From: Bacteroidales bacterium
GTDB lineage: Bacteria > Bacteroidota > Bacteroidia > Bacteroidales > UBA4181
Assembly (NCBI GenBank): GCA_031271175.1
Contig: JAISWE010000006.1
Span: forward strand, 1 to 48,029
DNA: 48,029 bases
Reading direction: 5' to 3'
Within the stretch, counting starts at the first letter, position 1. Each line of letters begins with the position of its first letter. The position numbers were made by a program, and so were the translations under genes. The notes beneath the pieces were generated by a model. The model worked only from the letters and a program-made list of their open reading frames with translations. It searched no databases and was not told where the DNA came from. This document shows, one piece after another, positions 1 to 7,736 of this stretch.

Positions 1-752
1 GAAACGATGGAGAGCGCGTCGGCGTAGGAACTCATGTCGGTGAGCAGCACCAGTACCTTCTCGTTTCTGTCCACCGCGAAATATTCGGCGGCGGTCAGCG
101 CCATGTCGGGGATGAGCAGACGTTCCACCGGCGGGTCTTCGGTGGTATTCACAAAACTGATGATGCGTTCGAGCGAACCGGCGTTGCTGAACACATTTTT
201 GAAATACAGATAGTCGTCGTTGGCAAGCCCCATGCCACCGAGAATGATTTTGTCCGTTTCGGCACGCAGCGCCACCGTTGCCATGACTTGATTAAACGGC
301 TGGTCGGGGTCGGCGAAGAAGGGTATCTTCTGACCGGTCACCAGCGTATTGTTCAGGTCGATGCCTGCGATGCCGGTGGCAATCAGTTCCGAAGGCTGTT
401 TGCGGCGCACCGGATTGACCGACGGGCCGCCTATTTCGCGTTCTTCGCCTTCAGGGGCTGCTCCTCCGTCAATCGGATCGCCAAAGGCGTTGAAAAAACG
501 TCCTGCCAGTTGCGCGCCCACTTTCAGCGTCGGCGCCTTGCCCAGAAACACTACCTCGGCGTTGGTGCGGACGCCTTCCGTGCCCCTGAACACTTGCAGG
601 GTCACTTCGTTGCCGTTGATTTTCACCACCTGCGCCAGCGCGCCGTCCACCGTCGCCAGTTCATCGTAGCCTACACCGCCGGCTTCCAGCGTACAGGTCG
701 CCTTCGTAATGCGGCTTACCTGCGTATATATCTTTTGAAATGCTTTTGCCAT
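1..752 (-). CDS. ntpB: V-type ATP synthase subunit B (5' part; runs off the window start)
   Basis: Not in the ORF track. Manual translation from ATG at 752 gives MAKAFQKIYTQVSRITKATC...QVFRGTEG...NPVRRKQPSELIATGIAGIDLNNTLVTGQKIPFFADPDQP...VLVLLTDMSSYADALSIV, typical of Bacteroidetes V/A-ATPase B. Confidence 0.93.
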   Translation of the reverse strand, partial: MAKAFQKIYTQVSRITKATCTLEAGGVGYDELATVDGALAQVVKINGNEVTLQVFRGTEGVRTNAEVVFLGKAPTLKVGAQLAGRFFNAFGDPIDGGAAPEGEEREIGGPSVNPVRRKQPSELIATGIAGIDLNNTLVTGQKIPFFADPDQPFNQVMATVALRAETDKIILGGMGLANDDYLYFKNVFSNAGSLERIISFVNTTEDPPVERLLIPDMALTAAEYFAVDRNEKVLVLLTDMSSYADALSIV

Positions 753-777
753 AATCTCAATTATTTATTCCTGCTTG

Positions 778-823
778 CAAAGTTAGCATAAAATTTCCGA
801 TTACACAAAACGGATAAAAATGA
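778..823 (-). promoter_or_regulatory. Repeated promoter module, copy 1 (TTTG...TAACTTTG), upstream of ntpB
   Basis: The minus strand reads tcatttttatccgttttgtgtaatcggaaattttatgctaactttg. It has a Bacteroidetes -7 box and near-identical copies at 10026 and 41824. Confidence 0.75.
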
Positions 824-981
824 CATGCAAATTTATAGCTGAAAGATACCTGATTTTTTTTGAAATACGTTAATACGCTGAATTTTTATCCTTATCTTCG
901 CCATTCCGGCGATGAGCAGTGTCTCGAACTGTTTGATAGTAGTTTGTATGCGATTGATAATAACCTGAAGATGAAAAAATG

Positions 982-1013
982 TTTGTATTTCATCCATCAA
1001 ATCATTACTTTTG
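982..1013 (+). promoter_or_regulatory. Bacteroidetes sigmaA promoter of tRNA-Arg/leuC
   Basis: TTTG at 982-985 and TACTTTTG at 1006-1013, just upstream of the tRNA. Confidence 0.65.
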
Positions 1014-1026
1014 CGGCGTTTTAATC

Positions 1027-1103
1027 GGTCCGGTAGCTCAGCTGGATAGAGCAACAGCCTTCTAAGCTGTGGGTCGTGGGTTCGAATCCCGCTCGGATCA
1101 CCA
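1027..1103 (+). tRNA. tRNA-Arg (TCT)
   Basis: Cloverleaf: D-arm agctcagctggatagagc, anticodon arm acagc-ct-TCT-aa-gctgt, T-loop gttcgaatc, encoded CCA end. Confidence 0.96.
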
Positions 1104-1120
1104 ATAAAAATTACAAATAG

Positions 1121-2515
1121 ATGAAGCAAACCATATTTGACAAGATTTGGGACAGTCACGTAGTGAAACGTATTGAAGAAGGGCCGGACGTATTGTACAT
1201 CGACCGTCATCTGGTGCATGAGGTCACCAGTCCGCAGGCATTTGCGGGAATTGACCGGCGCGGGGTCGGGGTAGCCCGTCCGGGGCAGACGTTTGCCGTA
1301 TGCGATCACAACGTACCTACGCTCAACCAGCATTTGCCCATCCAAGAGGAACAGTCGCGCATACAGGTGGACACGCTGTCCCGGAACGCCACCCGCCACA
1401 AGCTAACCTATTTCGGGCTGGGCAATCCCAAACAGGGCGTGGTACATGTGGTGGGTCCCGAATTGGGCATTACCCTGCCGGGCATGACCATCGTATGCGG
1501 GGACAGCCATACCTCTACGCACGGAGCCTGCGGCAGCATCGCTTTCGGCATCGGCACCAGCGAAGTGGAGATGACGCTTGCCTCTCAGTGCATTATGCAG
1601 CCGAAGCCCCAAAAGATGCTCATCGAAATCAACGGACAGTTGGGCAAATACGTCACCGCAAAGGACTTGGTGCTTTACCTCGTTGCGCAGTTGACGGCCG
1701 GCGGCTGCACGGGCTATTTCATCGAATATGCAGGCTCCGCCATCCGCAGTCTCGACATGGAAGGGCGGATGACCGTGTGTAATATGAGCATCGAAATGGG
1801 CGCGCGTGGCGGTCTGATTGCCCCCGACGAAAAAACGTTCGCCTATTTCGAGGGACGCGAATACGCCCCCAAAGGCGCCGAATGGGAGAAAGCCGTCGCC
1901 CGCTGGGCAATGCTGAAAAGCGACGAAGACGCAACATTCGATAAGACCTGCGTTTTCGACGCCTCCGACATCGAACCGATGATTACTTACGGCACCAATC
2001 CCGGCATGGGCATGAAAATCACAGACCATATTCCCACCGGCGAAGAATTGAACGGTACGGACAAAATCACCTTCAACAAGGCACTGCAATACATGGGATT
2101 CCAACCCGGTCAACTGCTCGCGGGACATCCCGTACAGTATGTGTTCCTGGGCAGTTGCACCAACGGGCGCATCGAAGATTTCCGCGCTTTCACCGATTTT
2201 GTGAAAGGCAGGCAGAAACATCCGGAAGTGGTTGCATGGCTGGTGCCGGGATCCGGGAGCGTGGCACGCCAAATTCGTGCCGAAGGATTGGACAGGACGC
2301 TCGAAGCTGCCGGTTTTGAACTGCGTCAGCCCGGATGCTCTGCCTGTCTGGCTATGAACGAGGACAAAGTGCCGGCCGGCAAATATGCCGTATCCACCTC
2401 CAACCGTAATTTTGAGGGACGGCAAGGCCCCGGTTCCCGTACCTTGCTGGCCGGCCCGCTGGTTGCCGCCGCCGCTGCCGTCACCGGAAAAGTGGCCGAC
2501 CCGAGGGAATTATAA
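1121..2515 (+). CDS. leuC: 3-isopropylmalate dehydratase large subunit
   Basis: Aconitase-family motifs [45 protein letters not shown] and [12 protein letters not shown]. Confidence 0.97.
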   Translation: MKQTIFDKIWDSHVVKRIEEGPDVLYIDRHLVHEVTSPQAFAGIDRRGVGVARPGQTFAVCDHNVPTLNQHLPIQEEQSRIQVDTLSRNATRHKLTYFGLGNPKQGVVHVVGPELGITLPGMTIVCGDSHTSTHGACGSIAFGIGTSEVEMTLASQCIMQPKPQKMLIEINGQLGKYVTAKDLVLYLVAQLTAGGCTGYFIEYAGSAIRSLDMEGRMTVCNMSIEMGARGGLIAPDEKTFAYFEGREYAPKGAEWEKAVARWAMLKSDEDATFDKTCVFDASDIEPMITYGTNPGMGMKITDHIPTGEELNGTDKITFNKALQYMGFQPGQLLAGHPVQYVFLGSCTNGRIEDFRAFTDFVKGRQKHPEVVAWLVPGSGSVARQIRAEGLDRTLEAAGFELRQPGCSACLAMNEDKVPAGKYAVSTSNRNFEGRQGPGSRTLLAGPLVAAAAAVTGKVADPREL

Positions 2516-2556
2516 AAAGTGCTCCGGCGCCGACAGGCGATAAGGTTTTTATCCTG

Positions 2557-3462
2557 TCAAAAATACCCTGCGACTTTTCTGTCTTCCATAGCTGTTTCCG
2601 ACCGTTTATCGTCGGCGCGTCCTCCCCGTTCGGTGATGCGCGTGGCGGCTATCTCGTCGATGATGTCTTCGAGGGAAGTGGCCTTGGACAGTGTCAGTCC
2701 CGTACAACTGATGTCACCGATAGTACGGCAGCGTACTTGCCTGATTTCCACTTTTTCATCTGGTTTGAGTTTCATGCAGGGATCGACGGCCAGCCACTGT
2801 CCGTCGCGAAGAAACACCTTTCGTTCGTGTGTATAGTAAATACTTGGCATTTCGATGTTTTCCCTGTAGATGTACTGCCATACGTCCATTTCCGTCCAGT
2901 TGCTGATGGGAAACACACGAAAATGCTCGCCGATGTTCTTTTTTCCGTTAAAGATGTTCCATAATTCGGGGCGCTGGTTTTTGGGATTCCACTGTCCGAA
3001 TTCGTCGCGATGCGAGAAAAAGCGTTCTTTGGCGCGTGCTTTTTCTTCGTCGCGTCGTGCGCCGCCGATGGCTGCATCGAACTTGTATTTTTCAATGGTA
3101 TCAAGCAGTGTTACGGTTTGTAGTTTGTTGCGGCTGGCATAGTAGCCGGTTTCTTCCTTCACGCGTCCGGTATCGATAGATTCCTGCACGGAACCGATGA
3201 TAAGCGTCGCACCCAGTTTTTTTACCATTGCGTCGCGATACTCGATGGTTTCGACAAAATTATGCCCCGTGTCGATATGTACCAGCGGAAACGGTATTTT
3301 CAACGGATAAAACGCTTTGTATGCCAGAAAGGTGGCTACAATGGAATCCTTGCCGCCCGAAAAAAGAAGTGCAGGACGTTCAAACTGTGCCGCTACTTCA
3401 CGCAACACGTAAATGGATTCTGCTTCAAGTTCTTTTAAATGTGTGAGTTTGTACTTACTCAT
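2557..3462 (-). CDS. cysD: Sulfate adenylyltransferase subunit 2
   Basis: LTHLKELEAESI, SGGKDS PP-loop, GGARRDEEKARAKERFFS, PKNQRPELW and C-terminal MEDRK.GYF. Confidence 0.96.
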   Translation of the reverse strand: MSKYKLTHLKELEAESIYVLREVAAQFERPALLFSGGKDSIVATFLAYKAFYPLKIPFPLVHIDTGHNFVETIEYRDAMVKKLGATLIIGSVQESIDTGRVKEETGYYASRNKLQTVTLLDTIEKYKFDAAIGGARRDEEKARAKERFFSHRDEFGQWNPKNQRPELWNIFNGKKNIGEHFRVFPISNWTEMDVWQYIYRENIEMPSIYYTHERKVFLRDGQWLAVDPCMKLKPDEKVEIRQVRCRTIGDISCTGLTLSKATSLEDIIDEIAATRITERGGRADDKRSETAMEDRKVAGYF

Positions 3463-3487
3463 TTAGTTTTGATATTTATCATTTTCT

Positions 3488-4378
3488 TTAACTGAATGCT
3501 CCCGAAAGATATTTTTTGGTCAGTTCGTGTTGAGGGTGATTGAAAACCTGATCGGCATTGCCTGTTTCGATGATTTCGCCCAGATACATGAATATCACAT
3601 AGTCGGCGATGCGCAAGGCCTGCCGTAAGGTGTGCGTCACCATGATGATGGAATAGTTTTGTTTCAGCTTCATGAACAGTTCTTCGATGATTTTGCTCGA
3701 AATGGGATCGAGAGAGCTGGTGGCTTCGTCGGCAAGGATAAACTGAGGCTCTACGGCCAGACTTCTGGCCAGACACAATCGTTGTTGCTGCCCGATCGAC
3801 AATCGTACCGCCGGCGTCCGCAGCCGATCTTTCACTTCTTCCCACAATCCTGCCGCTTCGAGATAATGCTTTACTATCAGTTTCAGTTTTCTCCGGTTAC
3901 GGATGCCGTGAATGCGACATCCATAAGCAATATTATCGAAGATAGACATCGGAAGGGGGCAGGGGCGTTGCGAAATCAGCCCCATTTTACGCCGTAGCCG
4001 CGTAATCTCGGCGCCGCTGCCGATGATGTCTTCCCCGTTCACCAGTATTTTCCCTGTTATTTTCACTCCTTCCACCGAATCGGTCAAACGGTTGAATGTT
4101 TTCAACAGGGTGGTTTTTCCGCATCCCGAAGGGCCGATGATACAGGTGATTTTTTTGTCGGGAATGGTCAGGTTCACATTCTTCAGGATTTGGTTTCCTT
4201 TGATGAATACGTTTAGGTCCGAAACATGGATTTCCGATTCGCTTTCGTTCCTGACAAATTTGTGATCGGGACGGAAAAATCGAATCTTTTTCCTGATGAT
4301 TTGGCCTAATGCGTTTTCCGTTTGATATTCCGTCCGCAATTCGGATACATCCACCGGTATTTTAAACAAATTTTTCAT
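3488..4378 (-). CDS. pstB: Phosphate ABC transporter ATP-binding protein with an N-terminal extension
   Basis: Walker A GPSGCGKTT, PLPMSIFDNIAYG, LWEEVKDRL, LSIGQQQRLCLAR, DEATSSLDPIS, T..YLSG.F. ATG chosen at 4378; GTG at 4393 is an alternative start. Confidence 0.88.
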   Translation of the reverse strand: MKNLFKIPVDVSELRTEYQTENALGQIIRKKIRFFRPDHKFVRNESESEIHVSDLNVFIKGNQILKNVNLTIPDKKITCIIGPSGCGKTTLLKTFNRLTDSVEGVKITGKILVNGEDIIGSGAEITRLRRKMGLISQRPCPLPMSIFDNIAYGCRIHGIRNRRKLKLIVKHYLEAAGLWEEVKDRLRTPAVRLSIGQQQRLCLARSLAVEPQFILADEATSSLDPISSKIIEELFMKLKQNYSIIMVTHTLRQALRIADYVIFMYLGEIIETGNADQVFNHPQHELTKKYLSGAFS

Positions 4379-4486
4379 TACAAGTAACTTCACGAAACGA
4401 AATTTTTAAGCATTAAAATCTACCGCAAAGATAGAGATTAAAAACGAATATTAATCATTTTTTTCATACCACAAATATGGTATGTT

Positions 4487-4918
4487 TCAAAATGTGCTTT
4501 TATCCGGCAAGAGCAATAGACTATCGTCTTCCATTGCTCTCATAACCTGCCGTTCGCGTGTTGTCTTGTCGTTGTATCCGCACAAATGCAGGATTCCATG
4601 CACCATTACGCGCAGGAGTTCGTTATCAAACCCGGTGCGGTACCGTTTTGCATTTTTCCGGACGGTGTCAATACTGATGTACATCTCGCCGGATATTTCT
4701 TTTTCGGTGCTGTTGTCGAAAGTGATGATGTCCGTATAATCGTCATGGTGCAGGAATTGACGATTCAGTTCCAGTATCCGCCGGTCTGAAACAAATACGT
4801 AACACAAAGCGCCGGTTTTCCGGTTTTCGCGAGCGGCAACCTTTTGCAGCCATTGGGATATTTTACGCTGATGACTGAGCCGAAAATCCGTTCCGTCGAA
4901 AAAAAAACGGATAGTCAC
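4487..4918 (-). CDS. ybeY: rRNA maturation endoribonuclease YbeY
   Basis: LNRQFLHHDDYTDIITFD, GEMYIS and ELLRVMVHGILHLCGY. Confidence 0.93.
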   Translation of the reverse strand: MTIRFFFDGTDFRLSHQRKISQWLQKVAARENRKTGALCYVFVSDRRILELNRQFLHHDDYTDIITFDNSTEKEISGEMYISIDTVRKNAKRYRTGFDNELLRVMVHGILHLCGYNDKTTRERQVMRAMEDDSLLLLPDKSTF

Positions 4919-5325
4919 CCTTCAATTTTTTTGAGCAGGAAGGTCATTTTGACAAAACTGCCGTTGTCTTCAAATTCGAGTTTGTCCGAAAGTTTTGACA
5001 TCAGGAATACACCTCTCCCACTCACGTTTTCAATGTTTTCCGGGGATGTCGGATCCGGAATACGGGTATAATCGAACCCACTGCCCTCATCTTTTACCGT
5101 AATCACTAATTTTTCATCATCGATAGAGAATGTAAATGCGACATATTTTTCAGGGTTGAGTTTGTTGCCGTGTGTAATGGCATTGTTGGCCGCTTCCATA
5201 GAGGCAACCATCAGATTGCCGTAAACGACCTGATCAATGCCGAAACTTGCCAGCAAATCATCCACTATACGTTCAATGATATGCAGGTTATCAATCTCTG
5301 ATGTAATCTTCACCAATCTCTCCAT
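4915..5325 (-). CDS. HATPase_c ATP-binding protein (RsbW-like anti-sigma factor/Ser kinase)
   Basis: N-box EAANNAITHGN, G1 DEGSGFD, G2 SGRGVFLM. Overlaps ybeY by 4 bp. Confidence 0.85.
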   Translation of the reverse strand: MERLVKITSEIDNLHIIERIVDDLLASFGIDQVVYGNLMVASMEAANNAITHGNKLNPEKYVAFTFSIDDEKLVITVKDEGSGFDYTRIPDPTSPENIENVSGRGVFLMSKLSDKLEFEDNGSFVKMTFLLKKIEG

Positions 5326-5655
5326 CCCATAAATGTTTTTTGTTTATACATGAGAAAGCCCAAAAAGGTTACATAATTTTGAAAAAAAAATGGTTTTTTA
5401 AAAGGCTATTCCCAACATCGTTGAAGTCAGGCGATTGACTGTTTGGCATTGCGGACGGCCTTGTGCTGTCGGATAAACGGTACGAGGCAGGCGACATGTA
5501 CCGGTGGGCAAGCGGTGGTTTTTGTTTGCCGACAGTTTCCGGATAGTGCAGCCCCATGCGCAGGATGTAAAAAAACACGGTATTTTTTGGTTTTACCGAA
5601 TACTTTTTTTAGGTTTGCACCGTTTTTTAGTTGAATCTTAATTTTATAAAGCCCT

Positions 5656-6375
5656 ATGGTGAAAAAAACGTTTCTTTCAGTTGCCTTGGTGATGTTTGCG
5701 TTCTATCTGTCGGCGCAGACGCGGGCAGGTATTACGGGCGGCTACAACCTGAGTAGTCCTTACAGTTATGGCGGGAAAATGATAGGTAATGATGTCCCTG
5801 CACCGGACTGGGGGATAAAGTCCGGTTTTCAAGGTGGATTGTCGTTGGAATTTCCGCTTAGCGACCGTCTTTACCTGCAACCGTCGCTCTTTTTTGCCTC
5901 CCACGGTTTCAAAGACCGTTACGAAATGACGGGTAGTAAGAAAACCGCACAACGCGTATTCTCCTTCTATTCTCTGCAAGTGCCTGTTAATGTGCAATAC
6001 AAACTGGACGTCGGCATTCCAGAAATCGTCTTTCAAGTCGCCCCCTTCATCCGTTACAACCTGTTCGGACGGCAACGATATTTCATTGAAAACGTATCCA
6101 AAACATTGGAAGATGAATACAAAAAACTGAAATTCGGCAACAATAAGGAAACCGACAATATCCAGCCTGCCTTCCAGTATGGCGTTGGGGCCGGCGTTGG
6201 GATACAGGTGTCGCGGCTACTGCTGATGGCAGGCTACAACTTCGGGTTGTCCGAACTGTCGCTCAGAAAACAGGCTTCCGGAAGAAATTACGACGTCCGA
6301 TTGAAAACCGGCGATATTTTTGTCAATTTAACGATCTATTTCGGGAAATACCCGCCCCTGTTTCCGGAAGAATAG
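5656..6375 (+). CDS. Outer-membrane beta-barrel protein (PorT/OMP_b-brl family)
   Basis: Signal peptide ending SA-Q, amphipathic strands, LYLQPSLFF, LQVPVNVQY and YNFGL. TAGGTTTG -7 box at 5610-5617. Confidence 0.75.
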   Translation: MVKKTFLSVALVMFAFYLSAQTRAGITGGYNLSSPYSYGGKMIGNDVPAPDWGIKSGFQGGLSLEFPLSDRLYLQPSLFFASHGFKDRYEMTGSKKTAQRVFSFYSLQVPVNVQYKLDVGIPEIVFQVAPFIRYNLFGRQRYFIENVSKTLEDEYKKLKFGNNKETDNIQPAFQYGVGAGVGIQVSRLLLMAGYNFGLSELSLRKQASGRNYDVRLKTGDIFVNLTIYFGKYPPLFPEE

Positions 6376-6520
6376 GTAAAGAAGGAGAGAAATCTTTCAA
6401 CATAAGCGCAGGGAAACTTCCGGCGGAAGAGAGGATTGCGTGCACCATCCCTGCTTGTTCCGTCAGGATCACGGGAGAAGTTGTTATATCTTGTTTATTT
6501 TCCTTGCTGTTAAACTAGGC

Positions 6521-6720
6521 TATCGCGATGAAAAAGGCAGCGTATATCAGTTTATAACGAACAACCGGAAAATAACGGCGGAAGAATGGGCGCTGATTTA
6601 CAAATATCGCTGAACGATAGAGTTGGTTTTTAAGAGATTAAAGCAGAATTTTCCATCATTTCTATTCGGAAATCAAAAACGGCATAAAACCGAAGGTTTG
6701 GTCAACGCTGACAGCCCCGT
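6521..6720 (+). pseudogene. IS4-family transposase C-terminal relic
   Basis: The frame from 6521 reads YRDEKGSVYQFITNNRKITAEEWALIYKYR*TIELVFKRLKQNFP. This is the IS4 Y-x2-R-W-x-I-E-x2-F-K motif with Trp changed to TGA at 6611. After a frameshift it continues FYSEIKNGIKPKVWSTLTA. Confidence 0.75.
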
Positions 6721-6804
6721 TTTAATGTATCAAAAAATTTTTAAATATATTTGGATATTGAGTGTATTTATTTTATTTTTGCAGGGCAATAAAATACAAA
6801 ACGC

Positions 6805-7383
6805 ATGAGTATGGAATTGATAGGAACAGGAGTGGCCATTGTGGCTGCAGTTCTCAGTGGCGTATGGTTCATCATCGGACGTCTGGAAAGGAAGATAGCC
6901 GGAGTGGAAGTCAAGGTTGACGGTTTTCGCACGGAGTTGAAAACGGATATAGCCAATATTCGTACAGAACTGAAAGAAGACATCGCCAAACTGGACGCCA
7001 AAATAGACGGTGTTCGTACGGAGTTGAAAAAGGATATAGCCAGTGTTCGCACGGAGTTGAAAACGGATATAGCCGGTGTTCGCACGGAGTTGAAAGAAGA
7101 CATCGCCAAACTGGACACTAAGATAGACGGTGTTCGCACGGAGTTGAAAACGGATATAGCCGGTGTTCGTACAGAACTGAAAGAAGATTTCAACAGGTTG
7201 GATGCCAAATTAGACGATGTTAAAGCCGATCTGAAGGAAGACATCGCCAACGTAAAAGAGGATTTTGTACGGGAATTGGCGTTGGACAACCGCGTCACTG
7301 AATTGTCACAATACGTCTTCAACAGTAGGAAACCGCAACGCGTGCATAAAGCGGCAACGCAGCAACATGTCGAAGCGGTGTAA
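6805..7383 (+). CDS. Membrane-anchored coiled-coil repeat protein (DUF1640/Bdr-like)
   Basis: N-terminal TM helix (GVAIVAAVLSGVWFII), then 11-aa VRTELKxDIAx units interspersed with 7-aa LDxKIDG units. TATTTTTG -7 box at 6774-6781. Confidence 0.8.
   Translation: MSMELIGTGVAIVAAVLSGVWFIIGRLERKIAGVEVKVDGFRTELKTDIANIRTELKEDIAKLDAKIDGVRTELKKDIASVRTELKTDIAGVRTELKEDIAKLDTKIDGVRTELKTDIAGVRTELKEDFNRLDAKLDDVKADLKEDIANVKEDFVRELALDNRVTELSQYVFNSRKPQRVHKAATQQHVEAV
6922..7260 (+). repeat. Intragenic 33-bp/21-bp coding tandem repeats
   Basis: Recurrent gttcgcacggagttgaaaacggatatagcc units and ctggacgccaaaatagacggt linkers. Confidence 0.85.
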
Positions 7384-7736
7384 GATTCTCCGAAAATCCT
7401 ATGCTCGTCTATAAATTGCGCTATCGTATAATTGAAAATTCAACGCCAGGAGCGTATCCGATTCATCTTTGTCTTCGTGATTTATTTTCGTGGTAATTTT
7501 TCCCAAGCTGGGTTAACGTCTCGACACAAATCTATACACTATGCGCTTTGACCAAAATTTCCTACTTTTTTTAGGGTGTCGCATTGTCAAAGTCAGACCC
7601 TCTTTGGAGTAAACAGGTGGAATAAGTTTACAGGGAATTTTGTCGTACACTCTGTCGGCAGCAACCATGTTCCCGACGGAATGGGGAACCGCCATAATTT
7701 TGTTTATTTCGCATTACGAAAGTACTTCTTGCAAGT

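Noticed and set aside
288-1399. ORFs 288-791, 349-669 and 833-1399
   Set aside because: They are antisense shadows of ntpB, tRNA-Arg and leuC.
4560-4610. YbeY lacking the third His (HGILHLCGYND)
   Set aside because: As far as I recall this variant is usual in Bacteroidetes YbeY, so it is not a sign of inactivation.
6611-6613. In-frame TGA as selenocysteine or Trp recoding
   Set aside because: It lies in a frameshifted IS4 relic, and TGA serves as a normal stop in several genes here (e.g. uxuB, rhomboid, nadK).
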